Shown in pieces: positions 16,058-24,252 of a stretch of 29,977 nt of DNA. Position 1 is the first letter of the stretch. Each line of letters begins with the position of its first letter. The position numbers and the translations under genes are program-made. The notes beneath the pieces are model-generated. The model was not told where the DNA came from. It searched no databases and saw only the letters and a list, made by a program, of their open reading frames with translations. Source of the DNA: a virus (taxonomy: Duplodnaviria > Caudoviricetes); the IMG/VR virus record IMGVR_UViG_3300027874_000251, positions 1 to 29,977 of that record; one strand, given 5' to 3'.

Positions 16058-16376
16058 ATATGAGGCAAAATTCTGGAGCCCGACCGAGGATCCCGGGCTC
16101 GATCTTGCCAAATGGCTCGACGAGCAGGTCGAGGAAGCCGTTATCGCGTATGTGAGCGATGGGTTTTTGACATTGGAAAGCGGCGGCCGCGTCTGTTTTT
16201 TTGTCGCCGATCAGCAGATCGACGTGACGTGCTGCGGCAATCTCCGAGAGCTCTTATGGGTTTATCTTTGGCGGCTCGAAGACCACTGGTCAGATCGGAT
16301 TAGCGTCGAAGAGGCGCGGCAGACGCGGGAGGTACTTGTTGCCGCGATCGCCCAGATCGACGCGGCGCTGAAATGA
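16050..16376 (+). CDS. Hypothetical protein
   Basis: Overlaps the int stop; coupled to the next gene. Confidence 0.6.
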   Translation: MSEYEAKFWSPTEDPGLDLAKWLDEQVEEAVIAYVSDGFLTLESGGRVCFFVADQQIDVTCCGNLRELLWVYLWRLEDHWSDRISVEEARQTREVLVAAIAQIDAALK

Positions 16377-16606
16377 CCGCGGCGCCCGAACTCTTCCGCC
16401 GCTGCCGCGACGCTTTGGGGCTCTCGGCAGAGGGCATGGCGCGCGCGTTGTGGATTAGGAGCGGCCGCACCGTCCAGCGTTGGGAGGCGGGCGAGCGCGA
16501 GATCCCGGGTCCGGCCTGGGTGGCGCTCTACCATTTCACAAAAGAGCGCGGGTTGACCGAACTCGCCGCCGCGATCGCTACGCTCGGCCGGCAGGTCGCG
16601 GCATGA
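16373..16606 (+). CDS. XRE-family HTH protein
   Basis: FRRCRDALGLSAEGMARAL...RTVQRWEAGEREIPGP. Confidence 0.85.
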   Translation: MTAAPELFRRCRDALGLSAEGMARALWIRSGRTVQRWEAGEREIPGPAWVALYHFTKERGLTELAAAIATLGRQVAA

Positions 16607-16833
16607 ACCGGCACGCACGGCGCGCTAAGGCGAAGGGGGTGCTAAAGGACGTTCAGCGTTGTCGCGAGGATCTGAAGGTTATGCGGAAAAATCCGCTAAT
16701 CCCGCACTGCATCGAGGATCCTATTACGGGCGAGCCGATCAATGTTCTCGACGGCGAGACCGACCGCGTACTCGATCAGCTCGAAGCCCTTGCACTAATC
16801 GATCTCGGCAAAACGGCCGCGGGCCGCGCATGA
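16603..16833 (+). CDS. Hypothetical protein
   Basis: ATGA coupling; MNRHARRA start. Confidence 0.55.
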   Translation: MNRHARRAKAKGVLKDVQRCREDLKVMRKNPLIPHCIEDPITGEPINVLDGETDRVLDQLEALALIDLGKTAAGRA

Positions 16834-16849
16834 CGAGGCCGGCGAAGCC

Positions 16850-17128
16850 ATGACGAAGATCGGTAGGGAGGGATTGCAACCGGTTCCGAGCGTCGAGCCG
16901 GATTATCGCTGCTGCCGCGCGGCGGTATTGAGTGCGGGATTCCGGCAATGCGCACGCAGACCGGTCGCTATAAGGCAAGCGGCGGACGGCAAGCTCTATG
17001 GGGTATGCCGACAGCATCGGCAGGCGGAGTGGTTTTTCCCGTGGATCGCGGCCTATCAAATGCCAGAGGATGCACGGATGGCGGCAATCCGGCGCGGCGA
17101 TGGAGTTGTTGGGTGGGATGGGCGCTAG
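16850..17128 (+). CDS. Cys/His-containing hypothetical protein
   Basis: CC...QC.R...VCRQH. Confidence 0.55.
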   Translation: MTKIGREGLQPVPSVEPDYRCCRAAVLSAGFRQCARRPVAIRQAADGKLYGVCRQHRQAEWFFPWIAAYQMPEDARMAAIRRGDGVVGWDGR

Positions 17129-17180
17129 GGCGAAACCGCCCCGCGATTGCACCACGGCCCAAGCTCGTGCGGAGTGACTG

Positions 17181-17762
17181 ATGCCCGTGACCGAGCGGTG
17201 CGGCTCGGCGCCGACGATCTGGGCGAAGCGGATCTTTGCGAGGGGGAATAGAATACTCGTCGTCAGTGCGCTGCTGACTGTCGGGTATGTCATTACCGGC
17301 AAGCTCGCCCTGCTCTGGGCGGTCGCACCGGGTTATGCAACGCCGATCTTTCCGCCGGCTGGTCTCGCCGTCGCAGCGATGCTGATGGTCGGCCCAGCGA
17401 CCCTACCCGGGACGTTTCTCGGCGCGCTGCTGCTCAATCTCTGGAACGGCGCTCTGATCGTGTCGGCAGCCGCTATCGCTGCGGGATCGACGATACAAGC
17501 TATCGTTTGCGGCACGGTTTTGCGACATGCCATCGGCTACCCGGCACCCTTCGACAATGGATACGAGCTAGCGCGATTTTTAATCCTGGCGCCGGTCTGT
17601 TGCGTAACGAGCGCGACCCTGTCGTTGGGCGGCCTGCTGGCGCTTGGTGCGGTATTGCCGGCCGATCTTGGGGCAAGTTGGGTTTCGTGGTGGTTCGGCG
17701 ATACCGTCGGTGTCGTCGTCGTGCTGTCTCTAGTATTCCTGATTACCGCAAAATCGGACTGA
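17181..17762 (+). CDS. Stand-alone MASE1 membrane domain protein
   Basis: GKLALL...GYATPIFPPAGLAVAA...PGTFLGA...IAAGSTIQA...SWWFGDTVG; stops after the TM region. Confidence 0.85.
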   Translation: MPVTERCGSAPTIWAKRIFARGNRILVVSALLTVGYVITGKLALLWAVAPGYATPIFPPAGLAVAAMLMVGPATLPGTFLGALLLNLWNGALIVSAAAIAAGSTIQAIVCGTVLRHAIGYPAPFDNGYELARFLILAPVCCVTSATLSLGGLLALGAVLPADLGASWVSWWFGDTVGVVVVLSLVFLITAKSD

Positions 17763-18274
17763 ATAGGGGGGAGATCCTTCTTCGGCGAATTTCCGGCCCG
17801 CGGCAACGGCGGCTGAGGCCCCTATTATGATCGATCTCGAAATGTATCCGGGGGTCGCAATAGGCTGAAAAGGGTCGTAATAGTTTTGACCCATCCGGTC
17901 GCCATGAATGCCGCCGCGCGCCTCGCATGCAGCGGTTCAAATAGGCAAAAACCGAGGTGGCTAGTCGGCAGCCGGAAGCCGTTGCCGGAGTGCTCTCAGC
18001 TTCTTTCTGAGTGTATCCCGGCTTGGGGGCCTAATCCCGCGCTCGTGGGCTGTGGTGACGCTTTTTGTGCTCGGCCCTTCAGCGGTCCAGCCGCCTTCAT
18101 TGTTAATATATTGAGGCATCTATTATGACCCCACGTCAGGAGCGCGCCCGGCTGCGGCTACAGCGCGAATACGAGAACATGGTCTTCGGTTGCGCCTACG
18201 TTATCAGTCGGCTTCCGAGCTGCGGCACGATCCTCAGCACGGAGCGGCCGAAGTGGAGGCACCCCTGATGGCGC

Positions 18275-18475
18275 GTGACGGTCGATCTTAGCGATCCGCG
18301 GAAACTGCGTCTGGCCGCCGAGGAGGCGCGCAGCAAGGCGGAGGAGGTGCATGCGGCGGGGCTCGGGTTTTTTGCGCGCGCCCTGCGCGATCATGCGCTG
18401 CTTTACGAGCACTGGGCGGACGAGATCGAGCACGTCGCCGCGCGCCGCCAATCCCGCCGGGAGCGAAAGAGTTAA
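18275..18475 (+). CDS. Small hypothetical protein
   Basis: Helical 66-aa ORF ending just before the attP arm sites. Confidence 0.5.
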   Translation: MTVDLSDPRKLRLAAEEARSKAEEVHAAGLGFFARALRDHALLYEHWADEIEHVAARRQSRRERKS

Positions 18476-18537
18476 CCTCGTTGCTGTGGGAATCTGTGGG
18501 AGAGCGCGTAAAAGCCGCGGAATTCATAGGGGGTGTC

Positions 18538-18587
18538 CTGCCCTCCGAAGGCAGAGGTCGTGAGTTCGAATCTCGCCGGGTGCGCCA
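18538..18587 (+). mobile_element. attP core: 3' 50 nt of tRNA-Arg(CCG)
   Basis: Anticodon arm CTGCC-CTCCGAA-GGCAG, T-loop GTTCGAAT and GGGTGCGCCA end; the 5' acceptor strand and D-arm are missing. Confidence 0.9.
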
Positions 18588-18602
18588 ACGAAAACCCCTT
18601 GC

Positions 18603-18628
18603 AAAGCCGCGGATTACCGCGGCTTTTT
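18603..18628 (+). terminator. Intrinsic terminator downstream of the att core
   Basis: AAAGCCGCGG-ATTA-CCGCGGCTTTTT. Confidence 0.8.
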
Positions 18629-19130
18629 GCGTTAATGGGGAAGCGCGGAGATACGCGGAGTTTCGCGCTACAAACGCGAACATATGCGGACTTACTGTGG
18701 GAATCTGTGGGAATCCTGTGGGAGTCGCGGACCCGGCGTTCGCGCCTTGTTCGGCTCGAATCGTTCGCCGCAACGAGTTGCGCGCGCTACGCGGTAAACG
18801 TCCCGAGGCTCACCTATGCGAACCGCCATCGGGACTTGTTTTCGCCTAGGAAGCGCGGCGGGAAAATCGCGCGCGTCGGCCGCGGCGCGGGCGCGCTATA
18901 GGCGGGAAGGCTTAGGGGCGGGGGAAACTAGCGGCGGGCGGAAACGCGCGCCGGTGCGCCTGGGAGGGGATTTTTGCCGCAAGCGGGATTTGCGTTTGCG
19001 GCGGCGCGGAATTAGAGAAAGACGACGGGCGGCGGCGGTTTGCTCGCGCCCGTCGCTTGAGTGTGGTGATCGCTCCTAACCAACCGCAGAACTGCGGGCG
19101 CGGGAATTCTTAGCACACGGAGCGAGGAAG

Positions 19131-19592
19131 ATGGCGATTCCGAATATGACCGAACTTAGCAATTACATTTTTGGTTTGCCGACGCGGGCGCGGACGGTCG
19201 TCGCCGGAACCTATACAAACTTCATCGCCAAACTCGGCGAAGCGGACGCGATCGTTACGGCAGAAAAGGCGCGTCAGCGCACACAGCAGCAACCGACCAG
19301 CGAAGGGCGTCGGCGCGGGCGGCCGGCGAGTACGACGGCGAGCGCGACGCGGCGCGGGCGGCCGTCGACCACCGGAAAATTCAATTCGATCGAGGGGATG
19401 GTCGCGTTTGTTACGCAACACCCGGGGCCGGTGAGTTATGAGACGCTGAAGGCCAATTGCGTGCCCTCTAAACAAAAATCGATCAACGCTTGGGGCCAGC
19501 AGGCGGTACGCAGGAATCTGCTCGGCCGCGGCGCCGAGAAGACTTATGTCGCCGTTGCCGCGCCGGCGGCGGCGACGCAGGCCGCCGCCTAA
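19131..19592 (+). CDS. Basic protein with two AT-hook-like RRGRP motifs (moron)
   Basis: GRRRGRPAS and TRRGRPST; GAGGAAG RBS; convergent with the late operon. Confidence 0.75.
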   Translation: MAIPNMTELSNYIFGLPTRARTVVAGTYTNFIAKLGEADAIVTAEKARQRTQQQPTSEGRRRGRPASTTASATRRGRPSTTGKFNSIEGMVAFVTQHPGPVSYETLKANCVPSKQKSINAWGQQAVRRNLLGRGAEKTYVAVAAPAAATQAAA

Positions 19593-19783
19593 TGCAATAG
19601 CGTTGCGAGGCCGTAGCCGGCGAGCACAACGACCGCGAGCAGCAGCGCCAGCTTGCCGAGCTCGACGACGGCACCGGTAATTGCGAGCACGATCGCGAGC
19701 GCGGTCGAGCCCTGGCGGGATATGCCCGGCGGTGCCTGGTTCGGGAACGGCACGACGGAATCGTCCGGGTCGCGAGGCGGCAT
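19589..19783 (-). CDS. Small membrane protein (possible lysis accessory)
   Basis: AAGGAG RBS; two hydrophobic segments; last gene of the late operon. Confidence 0.6.
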   Translation of the reverse strand: MPPRDPDDSVVPFPNQAPPGISRQGSTALAIVLAITGAVVELGKLALLLAVVVLAGYGLATLLH

Positions 19784-19805
19784 CGGCGCAGCTCCTTAAG
19801 GGGGC

Positions 19806-20198
19806 TTATGGCGAGGGGAGAATCTTGATTGCCGTGATCGGCGGCCGGCCGATGACGATCGCGACGGTCGGGCTTAGCGCCGGGCTCGGGTTGTATTGCA
19901 CGAGGACGGCGTAGGAACCGGGAGCCGCGCCGGCCGGGGCGGCGACCAGCCAGCCGGTTGCGTCCTGCTGGATCGCCAAGGTAATGCCGGCCGGCACCGC
20001 CCAGGTAAACGGGTCGGGCGAGAGCCGGTTGCCGTCCTGGTCCTGCGCCTCGACATGCAGCGCTTGGCCGCCGGCGGTCAGCGCGAGCGCCGGCTCAGCG
20101 AGCGCGACCGCTTGCGGGCCTTTGGCCGCGGCCGTCCGCGCCGGTCCGCACGCGAGGATGAGGATCACGAAGGCGACAAGGGATCGCGCTACGTTCAT
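19806..20198 (-). CDS. Exported Ig-like protein or possible lipoprotein
   Basis: ATG at 20198; MNVARSLVAFVILILACG signal with a lipobox-like Cys; beta-rich body. Confidence 0.65.
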   Translation of the reverse strand: MNVARSLVAFVILILACGPARTAAAKGPQAVALAEPALALTAGGQALHVEAQDQDGNRLSPDPFTWAVPAGITLAIQQDATGWLVAAPAGAAPGSYAVLVQYNPSPALSPTVAIVIGRPPITAIKILPSP

Positions 20199-20260
20199 TG
20201 CTGTGAATGCCTGCGAAAACGCTCGCCGGGAGCGCGCGCGAGGAGCGCACGGCGGCAGCG

Positions 20261-20935
20261 TTAGCGCCGGCTCCACCACCTCGCGATCTCGTCGAGCGAG
20301 GTTGCGGCGATATAGGAGCGGTCGACGATGCCGAGACCCGGCACCGGCTCGACGTCGCGGCCGAGCCGGCCGTTCGTCGCTTGCCAGATCCGCCACGCCG
20401 ACCAGCCAGTCGGGCAGATCGGCTGATTGCCCCATTCGGCGAGCCACAGCGGGCACTGACTTAAAACTCTATGCGGCAGCCCGCCGCCCTTGCCGTCGGG
20501 GCCGAAGCGGGTGCCGTAATAGAACGGCAGAAAGCCCGCCTTGTCGGCGAGGCGCTGCGCGACGTCGGCGGCGAGCGGGATCGTCACTGAGCCGTCGGCT
20601 CCGCCCGGGTTCGCTTCGACGTCGATCGCGAGTTCGAGGCCAGAAAGAGGCCCGATGGTCGCGAGGAGATGGTCGGCTTGGCTCGCGGCCGGCGCCGCGT
20701 CGAGAAAGGCATAGGCTAGGACGTTCATCCCGGCCGCCTCGGCGGCGGCGCGCCACGCGCGGAAGACGGGATCGACAAAGCCCGTGCCCTGCGTCGCCTT
20801 CAATGCGACATAGCGGATCCCATAGGCATAGGCCGCCGCGAAGGCTTCCGGCGTCGGGTGCGAGATTATCGCGTTCCAATGCGAAAGATCGGCCATGCAA
20901 TAGAACATCGCCGGCGGGAAATAGGGGCTCATCAC
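20261..20935 (-). CDS. GH25 muramidase endolysin
   Basis: ADLSHWN, KATQGTGFVDP, AIDVE (DxE), LWLAEW, IWQ.T and VDRS motifs. Confidence 0.92.
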   Translation of the reverse strand: MMSPYFPPAMFYCMADLSHWNAIISHPTPEAFAAAYAYGIRYVALKATQGTGFVDPVFRAWRAAAEAAGMNVLAYAFLDAAPAASQADHLLATIGPLSGLELAIDVEANPGGADGSVTIPLAADVAQRLADKAGFLPFYYGTRFGPDGKGGGLPHRVLSQCPLWLAEWGNQPICPTGWSAWRIWQATNGRLGRDVEPVPGLGIVDRSYIAATSLDEIARWWSRR

Positions 20936-21342
20936 GGCTCGGTAGATTTGACGAGACGGCGGATCTGGCGGCGGCCGTAGCCGTACGGCACGCCCTCGAC
21001 CTCATGCGCCCAAAACAAGCCGTAGCCCTGGCCGTGAAAGGTCGCGATCGCGAAGGGCGTGCCCTCGAGCCGACGGCGCAGAAAGCTGAGATGTACCTTG
21101 AGGGAGTTGAGGCTGCCGCCGTCCTCGGGCTTGCCGGCGGACGCCTGAGCGAGGAAATCGGCTGGAACGCAGCGCCGAAAGCGCTCGCGCAACAATAAGA
21201 GGATGCGCCATTGTATCGGCGTCGGCCGGCGCCGCTTGCCGTCGACAACGAGGCAGCGCGCGGCGCCGTCAAAGACCGGATCGGCAATCGGCTGCGCCGC
21301 ACCGGCATCGATGATGCCAGCGCAATGCGGGCATTCTCTCAT
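20932..21342 (-). CDS. Second receiver-less OmpR-type winged-helix protein with N-terminal CxxC
   Basis: CPHC...PTPIQWRILLLL...SLKVHLSFLRRRLEGTPFAIATFHGQGY; paralog of 1658..2227. Confidence 0.8.
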   Translation of the reverse strand: MRECPHCAGIIDAGAAQPIADPVFDGAARCLVVDGKRRRPTPIQWRILLLLRERFRRCVPADFLAQASAGKPEDGGSLNSLKVHLSFLRRRLEGTPFAIATFHGQGYGLFWAHEVEGVPYGYGRRQIRRLVKSTEP

Positions 21343-22601
21343 AGGCTCCAGTAGCGCAGCCCAGGCGGCACCAAGGCGCGGTTGACGGCCGATCTGACGT
21401 CGACAAAGACCCCGCCGGGGACGAGCACCGGAAAGAGCGCCTCGCTATTGAGCACGCGATGCGGTACGGCCAGGATCAGCGCGTCGAGATCGGTCAGCGC
21501 GGCAAGCGGTAGCAATTCGATGCCGTATTCGCGCCGCGCTTCTGCCGGGTCGGCGAGCGGATCGGCGACGAGCGCCGAAATCCCGAATTCGCGCAGCTCG
21601 CCGACGATCGTCGGCACCCGGCTGTTGCGCAGGTCCGGGATGTTCTCCTTGAACGTGATGCCGACAATACCGACGCGGGCCCCTTTGACGGGGCGGGACG
21701 CCTCGATCAGCAGCTTGACCAGGCGCTGCGCGATAAACGCGCCCATGCCGTCATTGATCCGCCGACCGGACTGGATGACCTGCGGGCAATAGCCGAGCCG
21801 CTCGGCCAGCGCGGTCAAATAGTAGGGGTCGACCCCGATACAGTGACCGCCGACGAGCCCCGGCGAGAAGCGCAGGAAATTCCATTTCGTACTGGCCGCG
21901 TCGAGGACCTCCTTCGTCGAGATGCCGAGCCGGTCGAAAATGATCGCGAGCTCGTTCATCAACGCGATGTTGAGGTCGCGCTGCGTGTTCTCGATAATCT
22001 TGGCCGCCTCGGCGACCTCGATCGAGGAGGCCCGGTAGAGGCCAGCCGCGACGATCTGGCCGTAGACTGCGGCGATGCGCTCGAGCGTCGCTGCATCCTC
22101 GCCGGCGACGATTTTGACAACCGTCTCCAGCCGGTGCACGTCGTCGCCCGGGTTGATCCGCTCCGGCGAGTAGCCGAGGGTAAAATCGGTCGTGCCCGAG
22201 GCTTCGCTCAGCAGCGGCCGGCAGAATTGGCGCGTCAGCCCCGGATAGACGGTCGACTCGAAGACGACGACGACGCCGGGCTGTAAATGCCGACCGATCA
22301 GGCGACAGGCACTCTCGAGCGGACCAAGATCGGGCCGCCGCTCGGCATCGATCGGCGTCGGCACCGTGACGACAAAGAAGCTAGCCTCGCTCAACCCTTC
22401 CGGGTCGGCGGTAAAGCTCAGCGCTGTCTCGCGAAGAGCCTCGGGGCTGACTTGGCCGGTGGTGTCATTGCCGGCCCTTAGCGCGGCGATGCGCGGTTCC
22501 GAGATATCGAAACCGATGACGGGCGCAAAGTGCTGCGCCAAGGCGAGCGCCACCGGCAGCCCGACATAGCCGAGGCCGATGACGGCAAATCCTCGCTCCA
22601 T
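21339..22601 (-). CDS. UDP-N-acetylhexosamine 6-dehydrogenase (WbpO/TviB-like nucleotide sugar dehydrogenase)
   Basis: GLGYVG, YSPERINPGD, AAKIIENTQRDLNIA, GLVGGHCIGVDPYYL and GITFKENIPDLRNS motifs. Confidence 0.95.
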   Translation of the reverse strand: MERGFAVIGLGYVGLPVALALAQHFAPVIGFDISEPRIAALRAGNDTTGQVSPEALRETALSFTADPEGLSEASFFVVTVPTPIDAERRPDLGPLESACRLIGRHLQPGVVVVFESTVYPGLTRQFCRPLLSEASGTTDFTLGYSPERINPGDDVHRLETVVKIVAGEDAATLERIAAVYGQIVAAGLYRASSIEVAEAAKIIENTQRDLNIALMNELAIIFDRLGISTKEVLDAASTKWNFLRFSPGLVGGHCIGVDPYYLTALAERLGYCPQVIQSGRRINDGMGAFIAQRLVKLLIEASRPVKGARVGIVGITFKENIPDLRNSRVPTIVGELREFGISALVADPLADPAEARREYGIELLPLAALTDLDALILAVPHRVLNSEALFPVLVPGGVFVDVRSAVNRALVPPGLRYWSL

Positions 22602-22616
22602 GCAGGGGTCAGCGGA

Positions 22617-23708
22617 TTATCCGCCGCCATGCCCGCCGAGCATTCCGGACCAGGCGGCGAGGCCTTGCGCGTTGTGGGCTTTGAGCGCGGCGAGCCCGTC
22701 GCTTGCGGCGTGCGGGTTGTGGAGGAGGCCGATTGCCGCCTCGGCGAGGTCGTCGGCGTTGTCGGCGCTGGCCTGCCAGCGCTGCGGTACCCAGTCGATC
22801 GCGTCCGAGGTGACGCTCGGCACGCCGTTCGCGATACCGTCGGCGACGACCATGCAGAAGCTCTCGGTGTAGGAAGGCTGGATCAAGAGATCCATGTGCG
22901 CGACGATGCGGCGGAAGGCCGGCCAGGACTGCCAGCCGGATGGCACGATCTTGGCACCCGGCAGGTTCGCATAGAGCGCCTCAAGCGCGCGCGTGATCGT
23001 ATCGCCGCCGCCTTCGGCGCGGCCCGAGCTCACCCAAAATTCGAGATCGGCACCGAGCCGCGCGGCGACCTCGAGCGCTGCCGCGCCGGCGGTCAGGAGG
23101 TTCTTCAAAGGGCGCGTCGCGCCAAACGAGCCGATGCGCAACACCCGGCCCGGCCGCCCGTGCCGCGCCTCGGTCAACGTACGGTCGAGCGCGTACATGT
23201 TCGGCAGCCAGCGCATCGGCTGATGATAGACGCGCGCCCACCAGTCGATGAGTTTCTGGCTATTAGCGCCGATGTGCAAATTGACCGAGGCGGTTTGCAG
23301 GTCGCCGGCCTCGCGTAAAAGCCGCACGCCATTCGGGTCGGCCTGCAAAAAGCCGATATTCGAATGCGAGACGATGGTGAAATCGACGTCATGCCATTGC
23401 CGGGAGAGCGCCATCAAATCGGCGGTCGGGATCCACGGCGCCGAGATCACGACATGGCTCACCGGGACTTGGCTCCCCGCGGTGGCGCGCGCGTAGCTCT
23501 CACGAAGGCGGATGCCGAGCTCGTCTGCCGAAAGGATCGGCCACACTTCAGTCCAATAGCCGGCGGCGTTCAGGATTTGCGAATTGGTCAGCGCCGTCAC
23601 GCCGAGCCCGATATGGCTGATGTGCTTGTGCGCGGCAAAATTCTTGTAACAGATCGCGAGGTGTACCGAGCCCGCGCCCGGCGCGACCGCATGCGGCAGG
23701 TAGCGCAT
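22617..23708 (-). CDS. GT-B (GT4-like) glycosyltransferase
   Basis: IGSFGATRPLKN...MDLLIQPSYTESFCMVVADGIANGVPSVTS (PS..ExF donor-binding motif); ATG at 23708. Confidence 0.85.
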   Translation of the reverse strand: MRYLPHAVAPGAGSVHLAICYKNFAAHKHISHIGLGVTALTNSQILNAAGYWTEVWPILSADELGIRLRESYARATAGSQVPVSHVVISAPWIPTADLMALSRQWHDVDFTIVSHSNIGFLQADPNGVRLLREAGDLQTASVNLHIGANSQKLIDWWARVYHQPMRWLPNMYALDRTLTEARHGRPGRVLRIGSFGATRPLKNLLTAGAAALEVAARLGADLEFWVSSGRAEGGGDTITRALEALYANLPGAKIVPSGWQSWPAFRRIVAHMDLLIQPSYTESFCMVVADGIANGVPSVTSDAIDWVPQRWQASADNADDLAEAAIGLLHNPHAASDGLAALKAHNAQGLAAWSGMLGGHGGG

Positions 23709-23730
23709 CAAACAACCATCAAAAAGGGGA

Positions 23731-24039
23731 TTAGCGGAAAAGCCCGGTAAGGGCGACTTTGATCTGATACGCCGCGGTCGCAAGGGCGACGACGCCGGCA
23801 CCAAACCACATGAAGACGCGGAGCGTCGAGCGGCTGACCTTGGTAATATTCACCAGTGTTTCGACGTGATCAACAATTCCGGACCGGCCGTTGCCGTCGC
23901 CGAATAGCGCCTCGTCGATGCGGTCGAGCCTCGCGTCGAGTTGCTCAATGCGCGCCATCATCGGCCCGGATATCGGGCAATCGTCGCAAGGCAGCTTTCG
24001 CCCCGCGAAGGGGCAGTCTGCGCCGACTCGTTCGCTCAT
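23731..24039 (-). CDS. Holin-like coiled-coil plus C-terminal TM protein
   Basis: RIEQLDARLDRIDEALFGDGNG...single TM; follows the tail genes. The call is positional. Confidence 0.5.
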   Translation of the reverse strand: MSERVGADCPFAGRKLPCDDCPISGPMMARIEQLDARLDRIDEALFGDGNGRSGIVDHVETLVNITKVSRSTLRVFMWFGAGVVALATAAYQIKVALTGLFR

Positions 24040-24248
24040 CGCCGCCGCCCGACAATGCGCATGCCATTGGGACCGAAGCTATAGTTCTTCGTCTCGGTGC
24101 CGCCGTTGCCGTTGGGAACCGAGAGGCAGGCCTCGCCGGTCTGCTCGTCGGCGCTGATGATCTCGCCCGGCACGTCGGTGTAAGAATCGGTGCGGACGAT
24201 TTTCCAGCGCCGCTTGTCATCGGCGCTCTGATAGCTGTCGAGCTTCAT
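24036..24248 (-). CDS. Small hypothetical protein
   Basis: Coupled on both sides. Confidence 0.7.
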   Translation of the reverse strand: MKLDSYQSADDKRRWKIVRTDSYTDVPGEIISADEQTGEACLSVPNGNGGTETKNYSFGPNGMRIVGRRR

Positions 24249-24252
24249 CGCG

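Larger units (their letters stand above)
18484..18723 (+). repeat. Integrase arm-type direct repeats CTGTGGGA (2 left and 3 right of the core)
   Basis: Copies at 18484, 18494, 18695, 18705 and 18716. Confidence 0.85.

Noticed and set aside
17762-18270. Less GC-rich stretch as an ncRNA or gene
   Set aside because: No convincing ORF, structure or recognisable motif.
18520-18587. Complete tRNA-Arg gene
   Set aside because: No 5' acceptor strand or D-arm upstream of 18538; it is an att core.
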